From Lepidodermella squamata (lineage: Eukaryota > Animalia > Gastrotricha): DNA of 64,000 nucleotides. The notes under the pieces are model-generated. The model searched no databases, was not told the DNA's origin, and saw nothing but the letters and a program-made list of their open reading frames with translations. The stretch lies in contig JBLDXI010000036.1 of the NCBI GenBank assembly GCA_047495785.1, forward strand, positions 186,001 to 250,000, written 5' to 3'. Both the position numbers and the translations under genes were made by a program. This document shows, in pieces, positions 11,878 through 22,111 of this stretch (position 1 is its first letter; each line of letters opens with the position of its first letter).

Positions 11878-13753
11878 ATGCCGAATTTGAACGCGACGGC
11901 TTCAATGAAGAATTTCACGCCTCGAAATGCGGCCATGGCGCCTATTCCGACTAAAACTTCGTTTGGAACTTCGAGTGGCAAAGCTACCCCACGCGAGCCA
12001 GGCAAAAATCCGAACGATTACATCGAAGAAGGTAGGAAAAATGATGGAAAAAATTCACGCATCTTTTAATCATTGAAATTTGATAATCTTTGAAAAATTT
12101 TATGATCCCAGGAAGCTATTGAATTGAAAAAGGAAATTTCTCATGCTAAGCTTTTGCCAGAATTCTCAAAACTTCAGGAATCAGAGCTTTCAAAAATGTA
12201 TTGCTAAATTTAGAAAAACAATTGAAAACTCTGGCAATGCAATAAGGTCCAAAGAGGCATGATCGAAGCCTTTAAAAAAGTAAAGAAAAAGCATGATTGA
12301 TCGGAACAATCGTAGATTCAAGCTAAGAAGATTTATTTCGATTATTCATCATTTTCATTCCCGAGAATTTGATTAGATTCCAAAGTTTCAATTTTCCAAG
12401 AATTAGGTAAATTAGTTGAAAAATTTTTTAGAATCGGAATTTAAAAATTGAAAATTTCTTAATTGTTTCTCAATTTTTAGCATTTTCACCAAATTTAAAT
12501 AATTTCGAAATTTCTCGTATTTTCAATTTTCAGATTTTTTGAATGGCAATTCGAACTTGAAATTGGGTTAAAAATTACGTGGATTATTTAATTGAATTAT
12601 TCTCCATTCAAACTTTGTCAATAATTTATGAATTTTTAACTCAGAAAAATGGTTATTCGAAATAATTTTTCTGTCATTTTTCCACATTTTTCCACAGCCA
12701 AACAAGTCGTAGCTCTGTTGTACAGTGCTTCTCGAGGCGACGTAGCTGCTATGCGTGAATTTCGCAAGAAAGGCTACGACATGGCTAAGGCGGACTATGA
12801 CGGGCGCAGTTCGCTGCACCTAGCCGCGGCCGAGGGCCACTTGAATGTCATTCAGTACCTGGTTGAAGAGTGCGGCCTCAATGCGTTCCCACGTGATCGG
12901 TGGAACTTCACGCCGTTGGACGATGCGACGAAGTTCGACCGGGCTGATGTGATCACTTACTTGAAGGACAAGGCTAGCAACTACGGCACGGCTCAGGTCA
13001 CGGAAGGTGAGTTATAAAAAATTTCAACTAAAGCAAAAAACTTGTTGATTTTTCAATCTGCCTATCTTTTTCATCCGGATTTTGAAAGAAATCCAACTTT
13101 CACAGGGATTTTACTGAATTTTTCCATTATTTTCAGAAAATTATAAAAATAAAATTCGAGTTGAAATTTCTAATTCATCCAGAGGACAATGAAAATCTTC
13201 CTAAGAAAACTGTTGCAAAATTTAAAAATTTGAAAATTTTCAAAAAATTGTATGCATCATTATTCCATAGTTTTTCAATTATTCTTGGAACTTGAGAATT
13301 TTTTTAAATTTCAACAATTTTTAGAAATTTTCCAAAAAATTTTAAAAAATTATTTCCGTTTTTTATTTCCTATGAATGTGTTTTTTGTATTTTTCTTCTC
13401 GTTTTTTATATCAATTTTTCGATTTATTTTGAAATTTATCCAATATTTCAGAAATGCAAGTGGTTGCTTTGCTGTTCGCAGCCTCACGCGGCGACACGGC
13501 CGCAGTTCGCCACTTCAAGACCATCGGCTACGACCTTAACAAGGCCGACTACGACGGGCGGACCGCCCTTCACCTTGCAGCGGCCGAGGGCCATCTCGAG
13601 ACCGTGCGCTACCTGTTCGAGGACGGTCGCGTTAACCTGGCAGCCCGAGACCGTTGGAACTTCACCGCCTTCGACGATGCGATGAAGTTCAACCGCAAGG
13701 ACGTAGCCGCTTATTTGCAGTCGAAATCAATCGAAGGCTACAAGCGCATTTGA
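11878..13753 (+). CDS. Protein of two tandem glutaminase-type C-terminal ankyrin-repeat domains, no catalytic domain (~254 aa; exons 11878-12031, 12698-13006, 13452-13753)
   Basis: Each domain reads VVALL(Y/F)xAsrGD...DYDGR(S/T)xLHLAAAEGHL..V.YL...DRWNFT..DDA.KF, matching the GLS/GLS2 ankyrin tail. Both introns are phase 1, joined ORF 765 nt. Confidence 0.85.
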
Positions 13754-13949
13754 TGCACATTTATTTCCAAACAAAGAAACAAACATTTGCAATTTAAGCA
13801 TAGGTATATACCGTGAAGATGAAATAAAATATACCCAAAAAGTTCAGTCAAGTGAATTAACGTCATAAGAAACTTATAAAAAGTTTCGCAAGAAAACGAA
13901 GAAGGTAGAAGCAGAAGTTGTCAATTATCAGATTTGTTGTACGATTGGT

Positions 13950-16900
13950 TTAGGGTTGAATGTATCCTTTAATCCAATCCAAGACTCGGCAAATCCTGGC
14001 ATATATTCCAGGCGAATTGGCCACGCCGCATGAGTTGCCATGGGAAACAATGCCTATCTGGCGATAAGGCCCAATACCGTCTCGCCTGCACATCAAAGGC
14101 CCGCCAGAGTCACCAGGGCACGTATCGACTCCGTTAACCTCCGCTCCAGCACACATTTGAGCATCTGATACCCTGTCATAGCCTCCTAAAACTTCGCAGG
14201 ACGCCGCCGAGGAAATGGTCAAATTGACCTTTTTCAAAGTATTTGACATAGATTCTCTTTCTGTCATACCCCACCCTGCGGCTGACACTTGAACACAACT
14301 GTCGACGCGTTGGTTATCTCTCGAGTACGTTCCGTCGCACATTGACGAGTCGGGCAGGCATATCAAGCGAGCGGAACTTGTCAAGACGACCGGTGACTCT
14401 AGCTTAATCAGGGCGACATCGAAGTTGTAGTTATCCGATTTGCTGTAGTTAGGATGGATTATGAAGCTTCTCGTTAGGCGGCGAATATATTGGTTTGTTT
14501 CACTTTCGCTGGAAAAATTAGTTCGGCCTATTTCCGCTATTATCCCTACCAAGCCATTCCTGTTAACGGTCAAGCAATGGGCTGCGGTTAGGAGCCATGA
14601 TCTAGCGATGAGAGAAGCGCCGCAGTACATGGGCTCGCTTTGTCTGGAATACGTGATTTCGAGTCTGGTCATCCACGGGAGTTCCCCAGGTTCAGCGTAA
14701 GCTCCACCCATGATTCGCGCAGTCGCCCCGATTCCGCAAGCGCTGTAGTCAGCTTGAATTACAAGATTATAACTTTAAATGCCAATAGATTAGTACTCAC
14801 CTTGTGCTCTTCCGCATCTCGGCAGCTCGTCGCTCCATTCACCATCCGCCTGACAAGTTGTTTCTGGGCTAGACTGCCTGGTGAAGGCATAGCCTGTGAG
14901 GCATTCAATCACGATGACGCTACCAGTGGGGAGAGAAGTATTCGGCTGAGCAGTTCTTCCACTTCCTGTCAGCTTCAATAAGGAGTTCGGCCTGCTGGGG
15001 ACTATACAAGGCTCGCCGGTTGTCTGGTCGTTGTAAAAAAGGGATTAGAAACTTGATAATTACAGGCCTAATCATAAATCTCATGGCCTGAAACATCTTG
15101 AGTGAAGGAAACTGCACAGATACAAAAAATATGTATATCCGCGCAATTTCCGCTACTTCCGCTACTTGCCGAAAGAACTATCGAAGTGATAACGTTACTT
15201 TCAATTCAAGATTTCTAATTCGGGCACACTTTTGAGTCGAGAAAACGGAGGAATGTTACTTCCTCTAAAAAAGCTACAGAAATGTGGTCCCGAGTCAGCT
15301 AGCCGAGTGGGTTGCCGAGTTTGTTATGACTTTTTTCAGGAGAATTGCATATAGGGGACGCTTCCCCCAGAATGTTTTGAACATTTCAAATTTCTGAAAG
15401 TATAATTTCATGAAAGTAGAAAGTAGAAAACCGTTCCACAAATGAATGAACACGCTGTATTTATGCTTATTTATGATTAAACTTACAAGTTCTCGCTCCT
15501 GTAAGACGCAGGAACCAGGCTGAGACCATGTCAAGTTCGAGAGGCACGATATCTCCGTATTGCCTTGGAGCTGGAAATTTCGAATGCAAGATATATTTCG
15601 CGTAGCTCCGACGCTCGAGAGCCCAGAAGATACGACACCGTTTCGAATCTTTGGTAGTTGGCCGCAAACTTTGAGAAAATTAATTCCTCAAGCAATCGAC
15701 AAGTAACCAAAATTAACCTGACGCTGCGCAGCTACCAGGCAGCGACCAACTACCGTTCGCTTGGCATCGGCTTGTACCCTGACCTACGACACTATAGCCC
15801 TGATTGCAGACCAATGTCATCGTGGACATGAACAAAGTAGACATATTCGAGCTCGTCAAATACCCATTCCTGATGACGGGAACCGAGCTGCAGTCTGGAA
15901 ATGAAGAATCAATTATCAATAGAACATTTATTACTTTTGAAAATTTAGAAAAATTCAGGCAGGTCAGGAGTCATAATCGTTAACAACTAAATCTGTCTGC
16001 ACGTTACGTAAGGAGCTGTTTGTAAATTTGCTTCACTGGCCTAGCCCCTGAGCTGATTAACGTGTTGAAAATCTAACATGCCATTTAGATCTCATCGAGT
16101 TACATCGATAAAGAGGTCAACCGCCACATAAAACATGAATGTTAATGATTGGAGAATTTCGTTATTTTTGAACTTACTAATACGGCTACATCTTCCATTG
16201 ATCGCCGGGCGAAAAGGGGGTAAGCAGGTGGCGAAATTGATTGAGGCGGAGTAGTTATAGCCGGCGTTGCATTTGACGATAACGGCCTCTCCTTTTGCCA
16301 CTGCAGTTCTTGGCCTTAAAACTTCGCCGGTATCAACCAATGTATTCGCATCCACTCGGCTGACATAACCTGCTTGAACGTCAGGTACGTAACACGACTG
16401 ATCAGGTCCGGCAACGGTGTTTTCAGTGATCCAATCTAGAACCTTGCACACTCTGCTGTAGATGCCGGGAGTTCCGAGGCATGAAGCTTCACCGTTTGAC
16501 AATATGCCGAACAGATAAGTCCTACTTGAAATCGAACACATAATTGGACCCCCAAAATCTCTGAAGCAAATGCTGCTCCTATTTGCAGCCGATAAACACA
16601 TCTGCGAGTCGGTGATAGTGACCGATTCCAAGCGGCTGAGGAGATACTCCTTCGAGCAATTTTGGTACGACCGAACCAGAAGATTTTGCTTCCTCGGGAT
16701 CCCCGATAGTATACCTGGGACAAAAATAAACACGTAGAATGTTTCACTATTAAAAAAGTATACGGCAAACTAATTTTTAAACAATAATACCCAACAGTTT
16801 CCTTCGGCAAACCTTCACACCAATATGATATCGCTAGCTTCGTGGATAGAGGGCCGCTTCTAGTATTTATGAGCAGAAAATCAAAATTTTCAAAAGAGGT

Positions 16901-19341
16901 ACCTGCCGCTTTTTTAATTTTTGAAAATTATTAAAATTATAATGGGCGGATAGGGCGTTAGGTGGCATAAAAAGTGGTCGCGTGCCGCCCTTTTTGCAAT
17001 AACAGCTCGAATAAATTCACTATAGAAAGATCGTTAGTTTCCTATCTGTTACAGTGTTGTCTATGGCTGGAATAATAACGCATTTTAATATTTTTAATTT
17101 CACCGCCAAAGAGACATGTTTTCGGTTGCACGTAAATTTACTTATCGTGCCAAAGCAACTACCTGCTTTCGCAATGCGCGCTTTAAGTTCCTCGCCGATT
17201 TTGCCATCATCAGTTATAATGCTACATAGATACTTGAACGTGCTTACTTTTCCTGAGATGGACATGCTTACGTGCTTACATGCAGAGATGATTGCAGAGA
17301 ATCAAATATAAATGAAATGAGGCTAATAATAATTTTCGTTGTGTGAAAAAGCCAGGAATATCCGAAGGCTATGACCTTGATTGACTGATTTACAGCTTAA
17401 ATCACGGATCTCCTTCAATCAATAAAAATCAATCATTGTCCCAATTTTCCAGGACTAAATCAATCAAATCAAATCATCGACACCCAAAATCATAATAAAT
17501 CGCGAAACATCGGGATTTCCTGTAAGCTGTAAATCAAATCAAACCAAATCCAAAGCTCTGGGGTGTGTTTTTTCAGTCCGGTCTGAAAAAGTTCAGTTGG
17601 TCGACTATTTTTCGAACGGTCTGAAAGCGCCATGTGCTGCGCGTGCAGTGAAAAGGGTGGAGACCGAGAAGACCGTGTTTCCAACATGTCAAGTGAAAGG
17701 GGGTGGCTAATTCAAATATAATTAGCTCGGAAATAACCACTAATTGCCACAAATAAGTTCAAAAGAGCACGGACGTGGTCCGTGGTCATATCATATCAGA
17801 AACGTTCCCTTTCAATGTTCAATGTGAGGTATTTTCAGGTTTTTCACTTGAATTTTACTCAGATATCGTATGAACTTCACTTGATATGTTGGCAACACGG
17901 TCTTCTCAGCCTTCACCCTTTTCACTGCACGCGCAGCACATGGCGCTTTCAGACCGTTCGAAAAAAAGTCGAACCAACTGCACTTTTTCAGACCGGACTA
18001 AAAAAACCTTAGATAATAGTAAAGATCGGACGCTTACGATCCTCCTATAGTGTCAAATTTTAGGGTTGAAAGGTCACCATGTGCACAGCCACATTTTTTG
18101 TGCTTTTTATTTGAGGCATGTGCGCCTAGCTTAACGCATGTAAAATCGACTCATTTTGAAAAATGTCATTTTTTTTAATTTTTTGATAATTTTTATTCTA
18201 TTAGTACAACTTTTAGCGCTTTTTCAAACGAGACCAGGCTCGTCTTCCCAGGACCTTTACAAGGTCACCTAGATATTCGCAAAGTAGCTCACAAATTCAC
18301 GAAAATCGAAATTTGTCGATCTTTTCTGGGCGGTTAGCTCTACAATAACTAATCATGAAAATTAAAAAAAATGGTTTTATTCTTGTTGTTCTCTGAGCTT
18401 TCCAAATACAGATTATTTTTCGAACGAGGTAGGGCCCTCTCTTAGCTGGTTGACTCCTTTTGCTAAATATGTCTTCGAAAAATAACCAAAATTAACTCTG
18501 GACTGTTTCAAAATATTCCACCTGAGGGAAACATCCTGAAATTCTTGATATCAGATTGGTAGGAAGATTCGCCGCAGGAAATTGTTGAGTTTTAAGTTAA
18601 AAAAAACATAACGTTAGAATTATTTTAATACCTCGAAGATAAAACATCGAAGCTACATCCACAGCGAAACCACCCCAGCCAGCTGCAATCCCTGACTCGC
18701 AACCGTCGATTGAATTCGCTGTTATCGCGTTGTTGCGGCACATTGCGTTCGCATCTGGCAAACAAATTGGCTTGATATTTTGCGAGAATCTCGGTACAGA
18801 GCGTGTCAGTTGTAATAGAGCAAAATCAAATTCGTAGAATTTCTGACTTCCGTTGAATCTCGGATGAACAAGAGGTGGGAGATGAATCACAGATATGTAC
18901 GAATTTGTCACATTCGGAACGTTGATGTCGTGGTAACCCAGCAAAGCCTTGATCCTGTTCATCAACAGGTGAAAACATTCAGCATCAAACCGGAAAATAA
19001 CGGAAATTTACAAAATTGGAGTCGTTCCGTTTTTCCAAACGCAATGAGCCGCTGTAATCAGCCATTTCTTCGTGATGAGAGAAGCTCCGCAATTTGAAGA
19101 CGACGATTCGGCTCTCCAATATATCTCCAGGAAGACCTTGGACAATTATCCTGTTTTGATTTTATGTGACCAATGTAAATATGCGAACCAGCCAAGGGTA
19201 CTCATTTGGTTCTGCTCCATGAATGAAGGTTGGGCCTCTTGATATCGTCTCAGGAGTCGGTTGTGCAACGCCACACTCAAAATCTTCAGGTTCCTCCCCG
19301 GTTATGAGCCCAAAGAGAGCGATGGCTATAATAAGGCGCAT
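13950..19341 (-). CDS. Secreted multidomain serine protease, copy A: signal - protease homologue (catalytic Ser lost) - 4 CCP/sushi-like modules - trypsin-like protease (~840 aa)
   Basis: Exons 19341-19189, 19136-19012, 18954-18632, 16714-16178, 15894-15718, 15668-15487, 15023-14801, 14752-13950 join in frame (2523 nt). Domain 1: TAAHC, DFALL, ICFRDFGGP. Domain 2: R|IMGG, TAAHC, DVALI, DTCPGDSGGP. Confidence 0.85.
17065..17250 (-). mobile_element. RTE-like non-LTR retrotransposon fragment (RT C-terminal/thumb region) in the protease intron
   Basis: FKYLCSIITDDGKIGEELKARIAKAGSCF...VSLAVKLKILKCVIIP matches the FKYLGS...RIxKA...SL.TKL signature. Confidence 0.7.
17575..17999. mobile_element. Foldback/MITE with ~120-bp inverted arms
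   Basis: AGTCCGGTCTGAAAAAG...AAGTGAA (17575-17697) is inverted at ~17876-17999; flanked by T and A runs. Confidence 0.7.
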
Positions 19342-19814
19342 TCCCGAGCTAAAGCTTGCAACAAAATAAGATAACATATATGTATTGTTAAGAATTCGTG
19401 TACAGCTTGCATAAAAACTCTCCGTCTTATAAACTCCTTTGCCCCGTATTCCTCCACGTATTTTTTACTCGTACGATACACACTCGAAAAGATTATACAA
19501 CTTAGTTTTGTGCAGCATCGTTTGCATTGGCAACAATAAAATTGCGGGCTATTCTGTGAGTGAAATTCAATACATCCGGAATGAGTTAGTCAAAATATGA
19601 ATATTCACATTCCTAAGAGCTCGCGTGACTGATGAACGAACATTTCAATTGGACTTTCCAGCATTCTAGCAGAACTTCTGATTATTTAAGACAACAGAAC
19701 AGAGAAAACTGCGTAGAAAAGGACCATTATGGCATTCAAAGAAATCTGAATTATGCAAGAAAACGTAAAATTTGTATCGGTAATACTTCAAAAATTAGGG
19801 CCAAGGAACCATAC

Positions 19815-19851
19815 ACCGATGCGTTTCGGCTTTTATTGCCATCTTCAGGTT
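19815..19851 (-). ncRNA. Minimal hammerhead ribozyme, second (variant) copy
   Basis: AAC-CUGAAGA-UGGC-aauaaaa-GCC-GAAA-CGCAUC^GGU; AUC triplet, weakened stem I and broken stem III palindrome. Confidence 0.55.
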
Positions 19852-20221
19852 CTAACCAAGAAATTTACAAAATCAATTAAGCTAATTTCAGATGTCAACA
19901 ATCCGTACGGCCTCTCACTTCATTTTTGTTACCAGTTGATGAAGATTATAAAATTGCCGGATTAGTTAAATTTACATCATAAACGTTACTAGAATCATGT
20001 GCACACGCAAATAACCGCTAAATTAGTTTATACTTGCATACTACTTGACTAGAATATTCAAACTTTAACTCGTTGTGATTCTAGTATCATTTATGATGTA
20101 AATTTAACTAATCCGGCAATTTTATAATCTTCATCAACTGGTAACAAAAATGAGGTGAGAGGCCGTACTGATTGTTGACATCTGAAATTAGCTTAATTGA
20201 TTTTGTAAATTTCTTGGTTAG

Positions 20222-20258
20222 ACCCTGAAGATGGCAATAAAAGCCGAAACGCGTCGGT
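20222..20258 (+). ncRNA. Minimal type I hammerhead ribozyme (Penelope-type)
   Basis: ACC-CUGAAGA-U-GGC-aauaaaa-GCC-GAAA-CGCGUC^GGU: core CUGANGA/GAAA, stem II GGC/GCC, palindromic ACGCGU, GUC cleavage triplet, stem I ACC/GGU. Confidence 0.75.
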
Positions 20259-20294
20259 GTTTGGTTCCTCGGCCCGAATTTTTTGAAGTATTGA

Positions 20295-20890
20295 GGGGTA
20301 TTTTCGAAGCCCTCTTTATCGATAAAGTCGGCTCTATCCCATAAAGTCGGCTTTATCTGCAGACGATAAAGCCGACATTATTGTTAAAGTCAACTTTAAG
20401 GTGTAGCATTTTCGAAGCCGTCTTTTGCTAAAGTCGACTTTATCGCGTAAAGCCATCTTTGCCATGCTATTTCGTAGAAATTAATGAATGACGGTATCAT
20501 AAGTCGCTCATAATTAACCATGACCTACATTTTGCCAGCATTTTTTGTTGTGATAAATCGTAAAAAAACGACGTCGCATGAGAGCTTTTAGGGTCAAATC
20601 ACTCATCTGTGGACAAAATTATGCCGATAAAGCCGACTTTAAGGCGATAAAGACGAGGGTGGTCGTCTTTACCGGTTCTAGTACATACCTATATGCAGGA
20701 TAAAGACGACTTTTCACAAATAAATTCGGCTTTATGTTCGAAAATCACGTTGTGGATAAAACTACCTCTATGTCTATCATATTAACCAGCTGAGATCAGC
20801 TATCTTTAGCTAAAGTCGACTTTAGGAGATAAAGCCGACTTTATTAATAGAGTCGACTTTATCATAAAGACAGCTTCGAAAATAACCCCC
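20295..20890. mobile_element. MITE with GGGG termini and internal TAAAGTCGACTTTA-type palindromic repeats
   Basis: GGGGTATTTTCGAAGC ... GCTTCGAAAATAACCCC; many AAAG(T/C)CG(A/G)CTTT units; no clear TSD. Confidence 0.65.
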
Positions 20891-21748
20891 AAATATCTAC
20901 TATGATATCGCTATACCATCAAAAAATCCGCTTCAAATTTGTATCGGCGAAAATGCTCGAATCACCTCCCAGAAAACTGTACCTAGTCAAATCAATTCAA
21001 CGGTTTGTTGAATATTAAATTATACATTTTAATTGTATATACACTTGACCGAAAGAAATCGACATCTCATGCGAGCAACTGTGACATGTTCAGAAATCTC
21101 ACGTAGATAGCAGATCAATCCTGGCCTTGAAACCGGCAGCTGTCCATAAAATTGCAGAATAGCTATCTATAATATGATGGGCATGAATGCCTCAAATTTT
21201 CGATAATAAGCATCGCTATACCACAACTACTTGCCATTTGGTGAGAGGCAGGAATACTTTGTACCTGCAGGGGTCAAGTTCAACGATAAGATGGGCTGGA
21301 AACGGGTCGCAGTTCAAATCAATCGAAGGCAACAAGCGAATTTAACTAAAATTTATTGTCAAAAGAAGAAACAAGGAACCATCGCGTACAATTCATGCTT
21401 ATCTATTTTCCATAGAGAAAAAATAAGAAAAAATAGAGCCAAAAATGAGCAGCCATTGCCCACCTCAAATCTTATACCACGCGAAAGAGCAGCTCGCGTT
21501 CTATAGGTATGCAAAATTTGGTAGAAAACGGTTTTAAGAACGCACTTCTATAATAACGGAGATCAATATTTTAGCTTGAGTGCTTACTCTGGTCATTTTT
21601 TTCTCTATGCTATTTTCGTAATAATTCGTGATAAATTAAACCTGAAAAATGTTAGTCAAGTGAATTTACGTCATAATCGAACTTATAAAAGAGGCTCACA
21701 AAAGAAGGATTCAGCTTAAAGTCATCAGATTTATTGTTACGTCAGGTT

Positions 21749-22105
21749 CTAGGATGAATGTGTCCAATCCAAGACTCGGCAAACCCTGGAATTAATTCCT
21801 GGCGAATTGGCCACGCCGCATGAGTTGCCATAGGAAACAATTCCTATCTGTCGATAAGGCCCAATATCGTCTCGCCTGCACATCAAAGGCTCGCCAGAGT
21901 CACCAGTGCAAGTATCGACACCGCTCCAGCACAAATTTGAGCATCTGTTACCCTGTCATAGCCTCCTAAAACTTCGCAAGATGCGGCCGAGGAAATGGTC
22001 AAGTTGACCTTTTTCGAAGTAATTGGCATTGGTTCTCTTCCTGTCGTACCCCATCCAGCTGCTGACACTTGAACGCAACTGACGACGCGTTGGCTATCCC
22101 TCGAG
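21749..22105 (-). pseudogene. 3' fragment of the trypsin-like protease, copy C
   Basis: Matches the last exon and 3' UTR of copies A/B; frameshifting deletion in CAGA[EVN]GVD; GDSGEP; truncated at the junction with the GPCR fragment. Confidence 0.85.
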
Positions 22106-22111
22106 ATACCA

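Larger units (their letters stand above)
19782..20292. repeat. Inverted repeat (~215-bp arms, 78-bp spacer), probable Penelope-like element pLTR pair
   Basis: 19782-19997 is the near-perfect reverse complement of 20076-20292; each arm carries a minimal hammerhead. Confidence 0.8.

Noticed and set aside
20320-20870. Repeated palindromic units resembling a CRISPR array
   Set aside because: Irregular spacing, no unique spacers, no cas genes, eukaryotic context; enclosed by TIRs, so a MITE.
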